63,059 bases of DNA, filler included, from Hyphochytrium catenoides (GCA_900088475.1; 12 parts of 12 records of this genome joined end to end with filler, not necessarily neighbours in it); one strand, 5' to 3'. Counted from the first letter of the whole stretch, positions 23,736 to 37,221 are shown. Notes: a model not told the origin generated them from the sequence alone. Made by a program: numbers and translations.

Positions 23736-25145
23736 TGTATGGAGGGAGGGACGACATGGTCGGAAGGTCACACCCAGAAGGTGAGATTTCCATGTTGGCT
23801 TGGCAGTTGAAAACCTTCGGCCGCACCCATACCGGTTGCCTCCTCCAATTCTATTCAAGCCTTTCTCTCTCTCTCTCTGCTGCTGTCTCTCTTCACAGCT
23901 CTGCCACCGGCCTATCCTCCTTGTCAGGCTCGGATTTTTGCCGCGCTGGATGACTTTCACAGCGGCCAGACTACCTTGACCTGGCTCCATTGAGCCTCTC
24001 AGAATGGGTAGAGGCAAGCAGCAGGTAAGCTACAGAGCATGTTTCTCTGACTTTGTCTCTCTATCTCAGCTATTAGCTCTTCCTACTCTCCCTACATACC
24101 TTNNNNNNNNNNNNNNNNNNNNNNNNNNNNNNNNNNNNNNNNNNNNTTAATTAATTAANNNNNNNNNNNNNNNNNNNNNNNNNNNNNNNNNNNNNNNNNN
24201 NNTCTCTCTCTCTCTCTCCCTCTCTCTCTCTAGGCCAAACCAAGCTTGAGTTTGAAGGAAAAGATAATGATGCAGAGGAAACAGATGCAGCAAGCCCAAT
24301 CCACATCAGGAGGAGGCGGGGCCGTCCTTCTTGTCACTTGAGACGCACCGTCTCTCTCTGTTCTCTTTGAAGTTCTGCTCTGCTTGTCTCTCTCTCTCTC
24401 TCTCTCTCTCTTTTCATCCTGTCTCTCCTTCCATACGTCCCTGAGTGTCTCTATTGAAAGAGAGAAAAGCTCCTCTCTTGCTCTCTCTTTCTCTCTTTAT
24501 TCCCTCTCTCTCTCTCTCTTCACTTTTAATCTATTAAAGCGATGAGCTGAAGTGGTCTTCGCTACTGGAGAGAGGGAATTGGGGAGAGAGAAGACAGGAT
24601 GTGCAGTTGTTCAGGTGATCAAGGTGTATAATGAATAACGCTTTCATGGCAAGAGTTCAGCTTGGCACCCTCTCTCTCTCTCTCTCTCTCTTCGTCTCTT
24701 CCTCCCTTCGTAAGGTCCATCAAAGCCAGGTATAGCCTTTGTCTCTATCCTCCGTCACTGCACGAAGCGCAAGCGACGAAAGAGAAGAACCAGGAGAAAA
24801 AAGAGAGAGAGAGAGAGAAATGCTGACGGTGGAGGACGGAGGAGATGACTCTTTGGCAAGGGAGAGGAGGAGAGAGAGAGAGAGAGACGAAGGACCAACA
24901 AGCTTTTCTCCTCAACCTCTGTCAATTTCAGTGTTATTGCACATTAGTAAAGAATACTGACGCTTACCGAAAATAATATCTGTGAATTAGTGCAATATTG
25001 TCATTTATGCAAGAAAAATCCGCTTACATTCGGTTATTTTTGCCTTATTTTTTGAAAGGAGCTGCCAAATCTTAGGATAGTTGACTTTTTGGTGATGGAG
25101 AAGGAGGATTGTCCTTCGAAAGGGTACGGAAACGCATCGCTGCAG

Positions 25146-25198
<53 letters not shown>

Positions 25199-25459
25199 TC
25201 TCTCCCCTCTCTCTCTCTCTCTCTCTCTCTTTCTCACTAGTTTGCCTCCCGTCCAGCTGGGAGCCTCAAAGTTCTGATCATAGGCGTGTCGGCCTCCGTA
25301 TGGGAAGGATGGAGAAAGGGGGGAAGGGAACCCACTGAGAAGAAGTGACGGAGGAGAGACAGAAATCAGGAGAGAGTCACCTCACAAGCACTTCAGCCGC
25401 GCAGGATGGGACTCCCTAGCAGGAAGGACCGGGCAAGTTAGAAGCACAGCAAGCGAAGA

Positions 25460-25512
<53 letters not shown>

Positions 25513-26230
25513 GGAGAACCTGGGCCCTCAAAGGACGGCCAGATGGGCTCATGAGAGGATGAGTATCCGCCCTCAAGAAGGGAATGAGGGCCAGGAAGAG
25601 AGAGAGAATGGCGGAGGAAAGAAAGAGAAGAGACTTTCCTTTCGCATTCCTCTTCTCTCTTCCTCTTCCAAGCCCATTCATCCTCTCGAGGAGCTTGGCA
25701 AGGAGGGAGAGGGACAAGAGGAAAGAAGAGAGATTTCTGGGGAGAGAAAAAGGATAGCAGATAGTAGTGGGGAAGAGGAGAGAAAGAGAGAAGGACAAGG
25801 TAGGGAGGTCGTCCCACTCTTATTTATCTCTCTTGATCTTTACTCTAGTCTTCTCTCTTCACAGCTTTTCCTGCTTCTTTCCCGAGCAGTGCTTTGATCG
25901 ACTCCCTCTCTTTCTCTCTCTCTCTCTCTCTAACCTCTGTCTCTCTCTCTCTCTCCCTATCTCCCTCCCTTTTTGCCTATTATTTTCTTCTCCTCTGCAT
26001 CTTTCTCTCTTTCATCTCCGGCCCCTCTCTCCCCGTTCGATGTCTGATCTCTCATCTTTTCCTCTTCTAACCAAACTTCTCCACGTGTTCTTTCTCTCTC
26101 TCTCTCTTCTCTCTCTCTTCTCTCTCTCTCTCTCTCTCTCTTCTCTTCACATCATTTCCCCTCTCTCTGGCTCTCTCTCCTTCTGGCTCTCCCTCTCTCT
26201 CCCTGTTTGCTCATTCTCCATTCTCTCTTA

Positions 26231-27241
26231 GACCAAACACAGGCCTTCCGAAGTTCCCACGATGAAAAAGGAAACTTCACGACCCAGAAAGAAAGCGATT
26301 CTCTCTCTCCCCTATCTTCTCTCTCTCCCTTTTCTCCTCTGTCTCCAGGTAGTGGTAGGAGGAGGGATGGCGCTGAGGAAGAGGAGAAAGAGAAAGAAGG
26401 GAGTCCTCTCGTACCGAGAGAGAGAGAGAAAGAGGTGGAGAAACAGAGGGACTATAGGGAAATTGTCAAGAGAAGAGAAGCTGAATTGCAGGCAAAAATG
26501 GAGCAATGGAGGGTCGTCGACTGTATGATCTTCTTTCTCTCTCTCTCTCTTTTTCTCTCTCTCTCTTTCTCTTCCTCTCTTTCTCTCTCTTTCACTCTCA
26601 CTCTCACTCTTGCTCTTCCTCCCTCTCTCTTCCTCTGTGTCTCTCCACTCTACTCTCTCTGTCTCTCTCTCTCTCTCTTTCATTCCGCTCGTTTGGTCTC
26701 TTCCGTTCTCTGCTCTCTCTCTCTTTCTCTCTCTCTCGCTATCTGCTTTTTCAATTTCGAAAAAGGCGGCCTTTCCTCTCTCTTGCAATCGTTCCTTTTG
26801 CCCTTCTTCTCCTTTCTCTGCGCCTAAGACTCAACTGTCGTATCGCCTTTGGTCTCCCTCTCTCTTATCTTTCTCTCTTCTTTTCTCTCTCTGTCTCTGC
26901 GTTTCCCTCCTCTCTCTCTTTCTCTCTTCCACTCTCTCTCTCTCTCTCTCACTTTCTTGAATGTTTCAGGTCCCGCTTGCCAGGAGTATCGGGAGCGGCT
27001 GCATTGGTCTTTCTGTGGGCGCTGTGCAAAGGAGTTTCTCCTAGAAGAGAGAGGAAAGAAAGGAAAGAGAGAGAGAAAAGAAGAGAGAGAAAGTGACAAA
27101 CCAACCTTAGGACGCGTGCAACCAAGGGAAAGTACAGAAGTGGAGAAGCCCGTAACACAGACAGAGAAAGAGAAAGGCAATGCGAGGACGGAGGAGGTCG
27201 CGATAGGAGAGAAAGACGATCTCCCGAAGGTGGACTGTGGC

Positions 27242-27318
<77 letters not shown>

Positions 27319-27387
27319 GCACTTTCTTTGGCTTGAGACGCTCTTTCTATAGCATATGCTTGGTACGGTCCCTTGCCCCTCTCTCTC

Positions 27388-27424
<37 letters not shown>

Positions 27425-27661
27425 TCCCCCACCCTCTCTCTCTCTCTCTTCTTTTGTCTCTTGTCGGCCTAAGTCTTTCCTTCTCTCTCTCTCCTGTCTG
27501 AAACTTACTTCCGTTCTGTTAGGAAGAGGAAAAGGAAAAAGCGAAGGGACAGGAGAAAGAGGAAAGCAGTGGCTTCCAAGAAGAGAGGAAAAGCGACCAA
27601 GAAGAAAGTCAGAACCTAGAAAAGAAAGAAAAGGGCTACGAGCCATTGGTACTCTCTTTCT

Positions 27662-27732
<71 letters not shown>

Positions 27733-28491
27733 TCCCCCTCTCTTTCTCTTTCCGATGTGTCTATATTGCAGTGTCCGCCGTGCCATTCTTGGCTTTCTTA
27801 TTGACGGTCTTTCTCACCCTTCTCTCTCTTTCTCATTATCTTCATGTGTCTCTCTCTTCCTCAATGCGGCACCCACCTCATTTCATCCTTGTGTCTCACT
27901 ATTCTACAGGGAGCTCTCTCTCTCTCTTCCGCCTTCCCTCTTTCTGTCTCTCTTCTTACAGCACCAGAACACTACGTGACATTCTCTCTCTCTCTCTCTC
28001 TCTCTCTCGCTTGTTCCGCGTCTGCACAGATAAACAATGGAACACCAACTGAAAAAGAAGGAGAGACGAAGAGAGAGAAAGGAGAGATAAAGAATGAGAG
28101 CACTTTCACATTGAAAGAGAAAAGCAGTGGGAAGATGAGCCCAACCAAAGGGGGAACAGACAAGCATAGAAAGGAAGAGACAGGGAAAGAGGAAGGAAGA
28201 GAGAGAGAGAGAGAACTTCAACTCATGGAGAGAGTAGAGTTAGAATGCCGCCGTCGATGGCAAGCGGAAGATAGGGAAAGGGAGAGAAACAGACGCGCAG
28301 AGGAAGAAGAAAAGAAAAGAGAGAGAGAAGGCCTTCTTATGCGAGAGGAGGAAGAGCTTCTTCTCTCTCCCTTTCTCTCTCCTGCTCTTTCTCCCTTACT
28401 CTGTCAGGAATGTGGGAAGAAAGCAGGAGTAAAGCTCTGTCTCTCCTGTGACGAACATCTCTGTGAGAAGTGCCTGGAGCTTACTCATGAG
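26231..28491 (+). CDS. Charged low-complexity protein with a B-box-type zinc finger, partial and multi-exon
   Basis: LCQECGKKAGVKLCLSCDEHLCEKCLELTH at about 28400-28490. A second Cys motif (CQE..FCGRCA) lies near 26980. Exon boundaries are approximate. Confidence 0.6.
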
Positions 28492-29052
28492 GTAATGCAA
28501 AGAGAGAAAGAGAGAGGAACAGAGAGGGAAAGAGAGAGAGAGAGAAAAAAAAGAGGGGGAGAAAGAGAGAGAGGGAGGAAGAGACAGGGAAGAGTCAAAT
28601 GATTATCTTTCTTCATCAGCTCAGTCCCTCCTTTCTCCCTCTATTACCTGAAATGTGCGACCCTTCGGCCGCTTTCCTCAGGTTCAGTTCTCTCTCTTCT
28701 TGTCTTCCTTGTTACTCGCTTCCCTAGACTCTCTCTTTCTTTCCGTTCCACCTCCATCTCTCCTCTCTCTTTCTTTTCCTTCTTACTTCCTTCATTTCTC
28801 TCTCTCTCTCTTCTCCTACTCTCTCNNNNNNNNNNNNNNNNNNNNNNNNNNNNNNNNNNNNNNNNNNNNTTAATTAATTAANNNNNNNNNNNNNNNNNNN
28901 NNNNNNNNNNNNNNNNNNNNNNNNNGCTCGACCCAATGGAAAGAGAGAAGGGACGTGACTCTAAGCAGAAAAGCGGCAAGACGCAAAGGGCCCTAGGCTC
29001 TCTCTCTCTCTCCAGTTTACTTAATACAGCGCAAGCTGAGGATGCGTCTAAC

Positions 29053-29310
29053 CTGAAATGCCATAGAGTTCATCAGCATGAGGAAGACGCGGAGTGGGAG
29101 CGTGGCCTTGTAAGCTCTGTGAGACCAAAGGCGATGAGCTCCAGCAGTGATGCCCAGGCCACTCAAAAACCAGAGAGAGATCCACAAGACGAGAATCTGG
29201 GCCAGTCCCGCGGAAGGAAGCAGGAAGAGCAGCGCGTACAGCGCGCCGAGGTGCCAGGCCAAGAGTACAAAGACATTGTACCAGACAACCTCCCTCCATT
29301 GGAAGCTCAT
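29053..29310 (-). CDS. Delta-9 acyl-CoA desaturase (SCD/OLE1 family), exon 1
   Basis: WYNVFVL..HLGALY; SGLGITAGAHRLWSHRAYKATLPLR..NSMAFQ (first His box), followed by a GT donor. Confidence 0.93.
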
Positions 29311-29831
29311 CTTTCCGTTCTCCTCTCTCTTATTGACTCTCCTCTACTTTTGAAAGATGCTTTCTCTAGAGAAAGAGCTGTCAAAAGGCGAAAGGAGTCT
29401 TTGCGAGCGCTAGAGCTTCATAGGAGCTGTCTCAAGTCTCTCTCTCTCTCTCTCTGGCCAGGTTCTCACTGTGAACGGTCTGAGAAGCTCGCCGTGGGTG
29501 CTGGAGCTTTTGAGAAGTGGTGCGTGCCAAAAGGGCAGACGATTCCTTCTTCGTGGGAAGGCTTCACTTCCCTTTTATGGTTGAAAGCCAGTATCTGAGA
29601 GACACAAGAACGCCGCCGTTTTACAGGGAAGACAGGGGAGGAGCCAAGAGAGAGAGAGAAAGGGAGCAGAGCGAGTGACGATACGGCAGGAGAGTCAGAC
29701 GTACAGTACAAGGACGGGGNNNNNNNNNNNNNNNNNNNNNNNNNNNNNNNNNNNNNNNNNNNNNNNNNNNNNNNNNNNNNNNNNNNNNNNNNNNNNNNNN
29801 NNNNNNNNNNNNNNNNNNNNNNNNNNNNNNN

Positions 29832-29866
<35 letters not shown>

Positions 29867-32643
29867 AGAGAGGGCCAAAAGGAAGGCTGTGTCCTGTGCT
29901 GATGAGCGCATTGCCAGTGCTGACGCTGGAAGGGCGGCCCTGCTGACTGGAGCCAGACAACTAAAAAGCGTCTGTTCAACCTAGTCCTTAGCCGCTAACA
30001 CAGCTATTTCCCGTGCTAATGAGCCCATAACACCTAAACCTCAACCAAAACGATGGACGTGTACAGGTCCCACTGTTCTTAATCGTTCACCGTGTGCATG
30101 GGGCTCACCCATTGGTCTAAGGGTCTGCGATGGCGCGTTTATCTCTAAAATTCGCCGGCTCTCCCAGGCCTAGGGTTTGTAAAGGTTAAAGGTGCGGTGG
30201 GGAGGGAATAAGATTCCAGCAGACTTTGGAAGGAGGCTTACGTAAATCTACTACTACACTCTGTACACCATATTGCGGGCTATTTGCCGGGATTACTACT
30301 CTCAAGATTGTACTTCCTGGTTCTGAATAGTAAAATACTCTCTCTATAATACGGAAATAATATGGTCCTCTATTCAAAATGTATGATATAATGACAACCG
30401 AGATCTCCCCCTTGAGCTGGCAGTGGCGACGTAACGGTTTTTTGGGTGATGAGGTGATGAGTGCACTGGCTGTTCCTCTTCCTCTTTCTTCTTTTCCTCC
30501 TGTGGTTGTGCGCCTTCCTCTCTTCGTCCCTTCTCCCAAGGACTTTCGTCGAGACCTCTTTTTCTTTGCGAAACTCACACCTCTTGATCGTCCGGAACGG
30601 CCATGCAGTCAACAGCCAACCTGATTCATCATGCATCATTTTTCCCCTCATCATCAAGCAGCGCCTTTCCTCTTTTCTTTCTTCTCTCTTCTCTTCTCTC
30701 TTCTCAGTTGTGGGCACACCTTTTTTCTTCTACTGCCGCTAGAAAGGAGGATTTTCATACGGCTATGCCCGTCGCAGCCCTTTCTTCTTTCTTACTACCT
30801 CCTCCTTCCTTCTCCAATCAATCGCCACTGAAGAAGAAGAAATCAAGCCACAAACACCGGAAAACGAGAAGGGGCCTCAAATATCCAATAGCATATGCAT
30901 CTGCTTTTCGTATAAAAGTAGTAGTTCGTTCATTTTCATTGCCATCGTGGAGACAGTGAAAAAGGATGACGATGGACTCTGGGATCAATTCTGTAACGAA
31001 CCAGGGGTCATAGTGCATAGTGATGGTGGACGCAGACGAACGTTGCAGACAGAGTTTGGTGTACTATAATTCTTATTGCGTTGTTGTAGGAAGATAGCTG
31101 CTATCCCAGCAGTATTATAACAGTCCAAGGTAATGATGATGGTAGTAGGATATAAGATCATTACACCTGTCCGTCCGTGCCCACATTGGTCGTTCAGATG
31201 TCTAAGCTAAAGGCCTTTAGAAGGTGTCTCTGCTAGATCTGCCATTGTCTGACTGAAGAAAAGCATCCTTTTCATCCGAGTCGGAAAAGTGTATCAACTT
31301 ACCGCCAAGGGCGAACAAGTTGAAAACAGGACTAATAATATTGCTGCTAGTAGCTAGTCTTTACGAGTTATAACGGCTGACACTGCTGGCACCTGATGTT
31401 CTTGTTGCTGACACGGTTCATCACCATCTATTAATGACGAGGCGACGGCTGCTTGGACCAAGATGCGAAAGTACCTCCGTCGTAATAGTTGTTTCTTCCC
31501 AATTATGATAGTGCGGGGATGAAGAAAGCTCCTTCGGTTGTTCGTCAGAGAGTATGCGCATCATCATAGGTCAATACGACGCGGGGTAATGAGTAAACAA
31601 AGAGAAAGAGGCAGGGATATCGGGACCAATGCTGGCACACCATCACGACGGAGCGAGCTCTTCTTCTGATGCGTGGCGAGGAGCCTGAAAACCGTATGAA
31701 TGGGTTCGTCAAGGGAGAGAACAACGAAGGGGCCAAAAGCCGGCCCCCCGGGTGCTGCAGGGTTCAAGATATGAGTCTAATGGCGGGAGACAGCAAAGAG
31801 AGCGATGAGCCAGGAAGAGCGCCCCGCCCCCATCCATCATCCTTTCAAATAAACCCTTGTGATCAGCAATTTAACAGAGGAAATCCTTTGCAGGACTTCA
31901 AAGGTAGCCGTTTCCCGCTCCAAACCGCATCTTGTACGAATATTAAGCACAACCTTCAAGGTGGAGAGAGAACTTGGTTTCCGGTAGAGGTCGCTAACGG
32001 CCACTATGTCGCTTGGAAGAAAGGATATTATAACGGAAGAGCAAGTCCTTCCCGCGTCTTCTTCCTGGTTTGCTCCTTCCCCCTCCGACCATCGGCGCGG
32101 CCAGCAGTGAGATGATGCCTGTGAGCGTGAGCTCTGTCATACGCCTCCACGGGCAGCAGAGAAAGAGAAGATTAAAGAAGGCAAGGAAGATCTGCAGGCT
32201 TAGAAGGCATAGTGGAGCTGGGGGAAGCAGGTTCTTTGGAGACGGTAGGGACGAAGAAATAGCGAGAGAGAAGAGACCATTAAAGAGGGAGAGGAGACAA
32301 CAGGAACGAGAGATGCCCGCAATTGGGCTAGCAGGGCCAGAGGTTGGTGTGTGTATCTGAAGCCAGATCCTCCGGTTTCTCATCCCCTGCCGGAGAGGTA
32401 AAGGTCCTTACACAGCTAGCAGCAGCATCAGGGACAAGCTGAGGAGACAGAAGAAGAAACAAGAGAGAGAGAACGGAAGAAGAGCCGAAATTCTAGGAGA
32501 AGGAGGGAGAAAAGAGGAGCCAAGAGAGAGAGAGAGAGAGACANNNNNNNNNNNNNNNNNNNNNNNNNNNNNNNNNNNNNNNNNNNNTTAATTAATTAAN
32601 NNNNNNNNNNNNNNNNNNNNNNNNNNNNNNNNNNNNNNNNNNN

Positions 32644-34261
32644 CTGGAGAAATTCCTCCCTCAGCTGACCAACGCGCTTCTCCTGCTTGAGAGCGATCGG
32701 ACTGAGGAAGAGAGAGGACTGAAGATGCTCATCTTCATCAACTTCCTTCTCTCTCTCGCCGCCTCTGACGTTAGATGGGCAGTGCAGGTCCGCCGTACCC
32801 TCTCTGTCTCTCTCTCTCTCTCTTTTTCTTTCTCTTTTCGCCTCTTCTTGCTAGAATGCAGTGCCCACCTGGCTTTTCTTTCTCTGGCTAGCTTTCTATC
32901 GCTTTTATTTCTCAGAACCTCGCTCTCTCTCACACTCTTTCCTCGTTCTCTCTCTCTTTGTTTCTCTCTCTCTCTCTCTCTCTCATCTCTTTTTATCTTA
33001 CCACGCTTCAAAATCTTCTCTGATTGCCAATAACACTGCAGCTTCGATGGAGCTTGTTAAGCTTCTTTCAAGATTCTATTGGAAAAGGTTTCGGCCAGCA
33101 CCGAGAGACACTTAGAAAAGAAGTGCGCAACCGCGCTGGCTTCTTTCTTCTCTCTCTCTCTCTCCTCGATGCAGAGACTCTTGGGCTAGACCGGTAAGTT
33201 TTTACTTCATGGTTTCTCAATAGTTCTGGATCTGAAAATCTCTGAATTTAAGAATCTGAAAAAATCTGGCAGATATCTGGAGCTCTCTCAGAGCTCTGAA
33301 CATTGGAGCTTCAGACATCTGAAGACTGAGGATCATCAGCAGCTCTTTCAGAGGGAGATCCAGAGCATCAGCAAGCAGATCGCGGCAGATTATCGTACGA
33401 AGGACTATGGATGGTTCCTGTGGAAGCATGAACACATGGTACGCAAGCGATCTAACGAGAGACAGAGAGAGAGACATACAGAAACAGAGAGACAGAGAGA
33501 CAGAGAGAGAGAAAGGGAGTTGCCAAAGAACTAAATCAGTTTGAGAAGAACATTAGTCGGACGGCGAAGAGTGAAAGCTCAAGCATGGATGACAGCGATG
33601 GCAGTCCATATTGAGGAAGGAAAAGCAAAAAGGAGAGAGAGAGAGAGAGTGAAAAAGGAAGAGATAGAGCAGATAGAATGACAAGAGGGAGAGAAACTTT
33701 TAAGAGAGAGAGAGCAGGGGATAAAGAATTGCAAGGATGATAACCCGGGAGATGGACAATTCGAAATGCAACGGCTTCGGCTTTGACGCTTCTCTTTCTC
33801 TCTCTCCCTTTCTCTTTCTCTCTATACGTGACGTACAAATATCTCTGTCTTTCTCTCTCCCTTTTCTTTTCCCGTCTTCTTCGAACTTCTCCTTTCCAGG
33901 CTGGAAAGCCCATTCTTTCTCCTGCAAATCTCTTCCTCAATGTCATCACTTTTGACGAGACATTTTTCCGTCTCTGCGAAGAACTTCGACGCGTAGAACC
34001 AAACAAGAGAAAGGTACCCAGAACAGAGAGAAAGGAAACGCCCCAGACATCCTCAGGAGGGATAGAGAGAGAGAGAAAGAGAAAAAGGAAGACAGAGAGA
34101 GAAAAAAAAGAGAGAGAGAGGAGACACTGACAGAAGATACGGAGAGGTAAACAAAGCCGTAAGCCGTAAGGGAAGTGAAGGATGTGGCTCTAAAGCTCTC
34201 TATACTGCACTACCTCCCTAGACTGTCTCTCTTTCTCTCTTCTTTTCATTTTTCTCCCTCT

Positions 34262-34293
<32 letters not shown>

Positions 34294-34386
34294 TTTCATT
34301 GGTCTCGATTGGTCTCGCGTTATCCTAATCAGAGCTTCCCTTTGACTTTTTTAGCGCCTTCTATTGGAGAAACTGAGCAGCTTGAG
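32644..34386 (+). CDS. Phosphatidylinositol 4-kinase III-beta (Pik1)-like N-terminal helical region, fragment
   Basis: EKFLPQL..FLL..S..WAVQ-LRWSLLSFFQD and F..F..LCEELRRVEP..RK-RLLLEKLSSL match the PI4KB pre-catalytic pattern. The kinase domain is outside the contig. Confidence 0.6.
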
Positions 34387-34488
34387 NNNNNNNNNNNNNN
34401 NNNNNNNNNNNNNNNNNNNNNNNNNNNNNNTTAATTAATTAANNNNNNNNNNNNNNNNNNNNNNNNNNNNNNNNNNNNNNNNNNNNAT

Positions 34489-35214
34489 TCTGACGTATCC
34501 TCCTTCATGAACCGCAGACATCAGCAACTTCTTGGTAAGAGAGGAAGTGATAGTAGCAGCACTTCAGCCCCAACACCAAAAAAACAAGCAGTTGCACCTC
34601 CAACCGCACAACAAGCAAAGCCATCAGCTGCTACCAAGCCCATTGCTGCATCTGTTGCTGCCAAGCCAGTTGCTGCCAAGCCTGTTGCTACGAAGCCCGT
34701 TGCTGCCAAGCCAGTTGCTCCATTTGTCGCTACGGAGCCAGATGCTACCAACCCAGTAGCTGCCAAGCCAGTTGGTGCCAAGCCTGTTGCTGCCAAGCCT
34801 GTTGCTACGAAGCCCGTTGCTGCCAAGCCAGTTGCTCCATTTGTCGCTACGGAGCCAGATGCTACCAAGCCAGTTGCTACCAAGCCAGTTGCTGCCAAGC
34901 CAGTTGCTGCCAAGCCTGTTGCTACGAAGCCTGTTGCTGCCAAGCCTGTTGCTCTATCTGTCGCTACGGAGCCAGATGCTACCAAGCCAGTTGCTACCAA
35001 GCCAGTTGCTGCCAAGCCTGTTGCTACGAAGCCCGTTGCTGCCAAGCCAGTTGCTCCATCTGTCGCCACGGAGCCAGTTGCTACCACCCCAGTTGCTACC
35101 AAGCCCCAAGCAAAGCAGCAAATTGCTTCACCTGACAAAGCGGCGGCTGATCTGTTGCTGAGTCTATCATCCTCTGCTACGAAGGCAAACTCAATTCAGA
35201 AATTACTGTCATAA
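34489..35214 (+). CDS. Lys/Pro/Ala-rich KPVA(A/T) pentapeptide-repeat protein; frame is open to the contig edge
   Basis: 235+ aa ORF with a KR-x-KK NLS-like segment, about 30 pentapeptide units and C-terminal AADLLLSLS. Confidence 0.55.
   Translation, partial: SDVSSFMNRRHQQLLGKRGSDSSSTSAPTPKKQAVAPPTAQQAKPSAATKPIAASVAAKPVAAKPVATKPVAAKPVAPFVATEPDATNPVAAKPVGAKPVAAKPVATKPVAAKPVAPFVATEPDATKPVATKPVAAKPVAAKPVATKPVAAKPVALSVATEPDATKPVATKPVAAKPVATKPVAAKPVAPSVATEPVATTPVATKPQAKQQIASPDKAAADLLLSLSSSATKANSIQKLLS
34630..35105. repeat. 15-bp tandem repeat with a 117-bp higher-order unit
   Basis: The VATEP anchor codons start at 34726, 34843, 34960 and 35062 (spacing 117, 117, 102). Confidence 0.95.
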
Positions 35215-35349
35215 ACTCAGTAAGAGCCGTAGCCTGGTACGTAGTAGTGCTAATTGTCCAAGTCTAATGCCAATCGTTGCTTTTGAGAATAATAATATTG
35301 CTAGGCTTACGATAGTTCTACCTCCTGAAGCAAGTTTGCTAGGTTTTCA

Positions 35350-35592
35350 TCAGTCTCCTTTTGCTTTACCGCGCGCCCGGCTTTCATCAATCTGCTTCCT
35401 CTTCTTCTTCCCGGCATCACATTTGCCGGACTCTGGAGGTGACTCCCGGTTCTGTCATTCGTCATCGGTGACGAAGGACCACAAATGCGTTGTCATCAAG
35501 GCCAGCTTGACCTTAGTTCGCCAGCTGCCATAATTATCCCCGTTAAACTTAGGCAAGCTGACGCTGAAGAGCTGTCCTTCAGCAGAAGACAT
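35350..35592 (-). mobile_element. Degenerate copia gag N-terminus (DUF4219-like relic)
   Basis: MSSAEGQLFSVSLPKFNGDNYGSWRTKVKLALMTTHLWSFVTDDE* fits the classic PxFxGxNYxxW..K..L...LW motif, followed by a stop. Confidence 0.7.
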
Positions 35593-37221
35593 AGCAGGAG
35601 TCAACCATTGGTCAAATTCAGACAAGTGGAGCCCATTGACCTACACGAAGTTCCTTAGCGCCGCTTGACGACAAAGGATAGTTTCGCAAAGGAAGACTTT
35701 ATCGCAAAAGCTGTCTTAGATATCACCAAGGCTGCAGAAGAGCACAGTCGTCTTTTGAAGTCCGGCACAGGCTGTCGAAAGCACTTGAGAGTCTTGTGGG
35801 AAAACCCAGAGACGCACGACGCAGGAGCTTGGCATGACCGTGAGAGCAAAGGAGAGCTAGGATCCTTTGAGTTTATTCCTCACTGGCAAGGTCACAGAAG
35901 CAACCTCTCACCCCCCTTCATCATAGGATGAAGATAAAAGGATAACCAAGATAACGCGCAAACCACTCCTTTTATCCTCTTCTTTGTATCTACCTTCCAC
36001 CTTCCATCCTAAAGTATCAATAATCAGCTGTGAAGCAGTCTTGTTGATGCCCACCGACGAGGGAAAGATTGTTCCTCTATAATAAAAGGTTTGAGGAGGG
36101 AGTAAGAACAGCCCACGGACAGCAGAGAAGAGATAATGAGAGGCTAGGCGTATAAAAGCAAGCAGCTGCGGCGGGAGGGAGCACTTATCAGAGCTCTTCT
36201 CTTCACGTCAAAGCTCTGAACTGAAGGTCTCCTCATGCAGAAGCGTCATCATTCCAAGCTGCTGGTGGAGTTGCATTCATCATCACCACCTGAACCAGGG
36301 CACGACGCACATTGAAGTCTTCATCGATCATCGCTGGAGTCGCTGATAAGCGTAACAACGAGGGGCGAGGATGAGCTGCAAGACAAAAGGAGTGAAGGAC
36401 GAGAAGGCCCACCAGAGGCATATAAGATAAACAATCATTCCTCAACTCTCTCATGATGGTGTGAGGATGATGTTAGCTAGCGGAACACTATGATCGTGGG
36501 AAGCTAGCTAATGAATCTTCTCTTCTTCCTTCTGGCCCTAGTAGTAGGATGTTATCTATGGGATATTCAGAAGAGCCATAGACCTCCCGTTGAAGAGGAG
36601 CCAGGACTGCTGGTAGAGTTCCTAGCTTAGACCTGCTCATGATCCTGCCACTTTTATCTTCCATTCTCACTCATCCCACCTAACGCCCATAGTGAGTACT
36701 GCTAGGAGCCCATCCCAGATATCGCAACCCTTCTTCCGTCAGCACAGGTAATAAGGTAACAACGAACGGTAGGTTAGGAGGACCAATAGCTAGCTGCCCT
36801 ACGAAGATCCCGATAATTTTGATCTTAAAGCTAAAGATCCATCGTAGATCCGTCATGGTCCATGACCAGACACAAGCTTACGGCCGCGAGGAAGATCTTA
36901 AACGCTTCCAGGAGCTGCCAAGTTTACTCTCTAGAGGGAGAAAGCCTCTACAGCAGAGACATTGCTCGTCCCTACGAGGATCTTCTCTACCGTCGCGCTG
37001 TCTAAGGAAGGAGGCTATCCATGCAAGTTCTTAGGGCAGCCTCAGACGGCGGCATGCTATCGGTTGACATCCAAAACTACTACTCCCTACCTTTTCTATC
37101 TGCCTTCTCTATCTCATTTCTAAATCTGTGCGCATCTCTCGGTCTCCATACCAATCTCTCTATGTATCCTGTCAGCTATAGGCTGCTGCTGAATCGTACA
37201 TCTGCGTGCTGTCATAAATTA

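Noticed and set aside
28936-29598. 220-aa plus-strand ORF
   Set aside because: It is antisense to the desaturase exon and its 5' region.
34521-35138. 205-aa minus-strand GLAAT-repeat ORF
   Set aside because: It is the mirror frame of the 15-bp repeat; the plus frame has more protein-like unique flanks.
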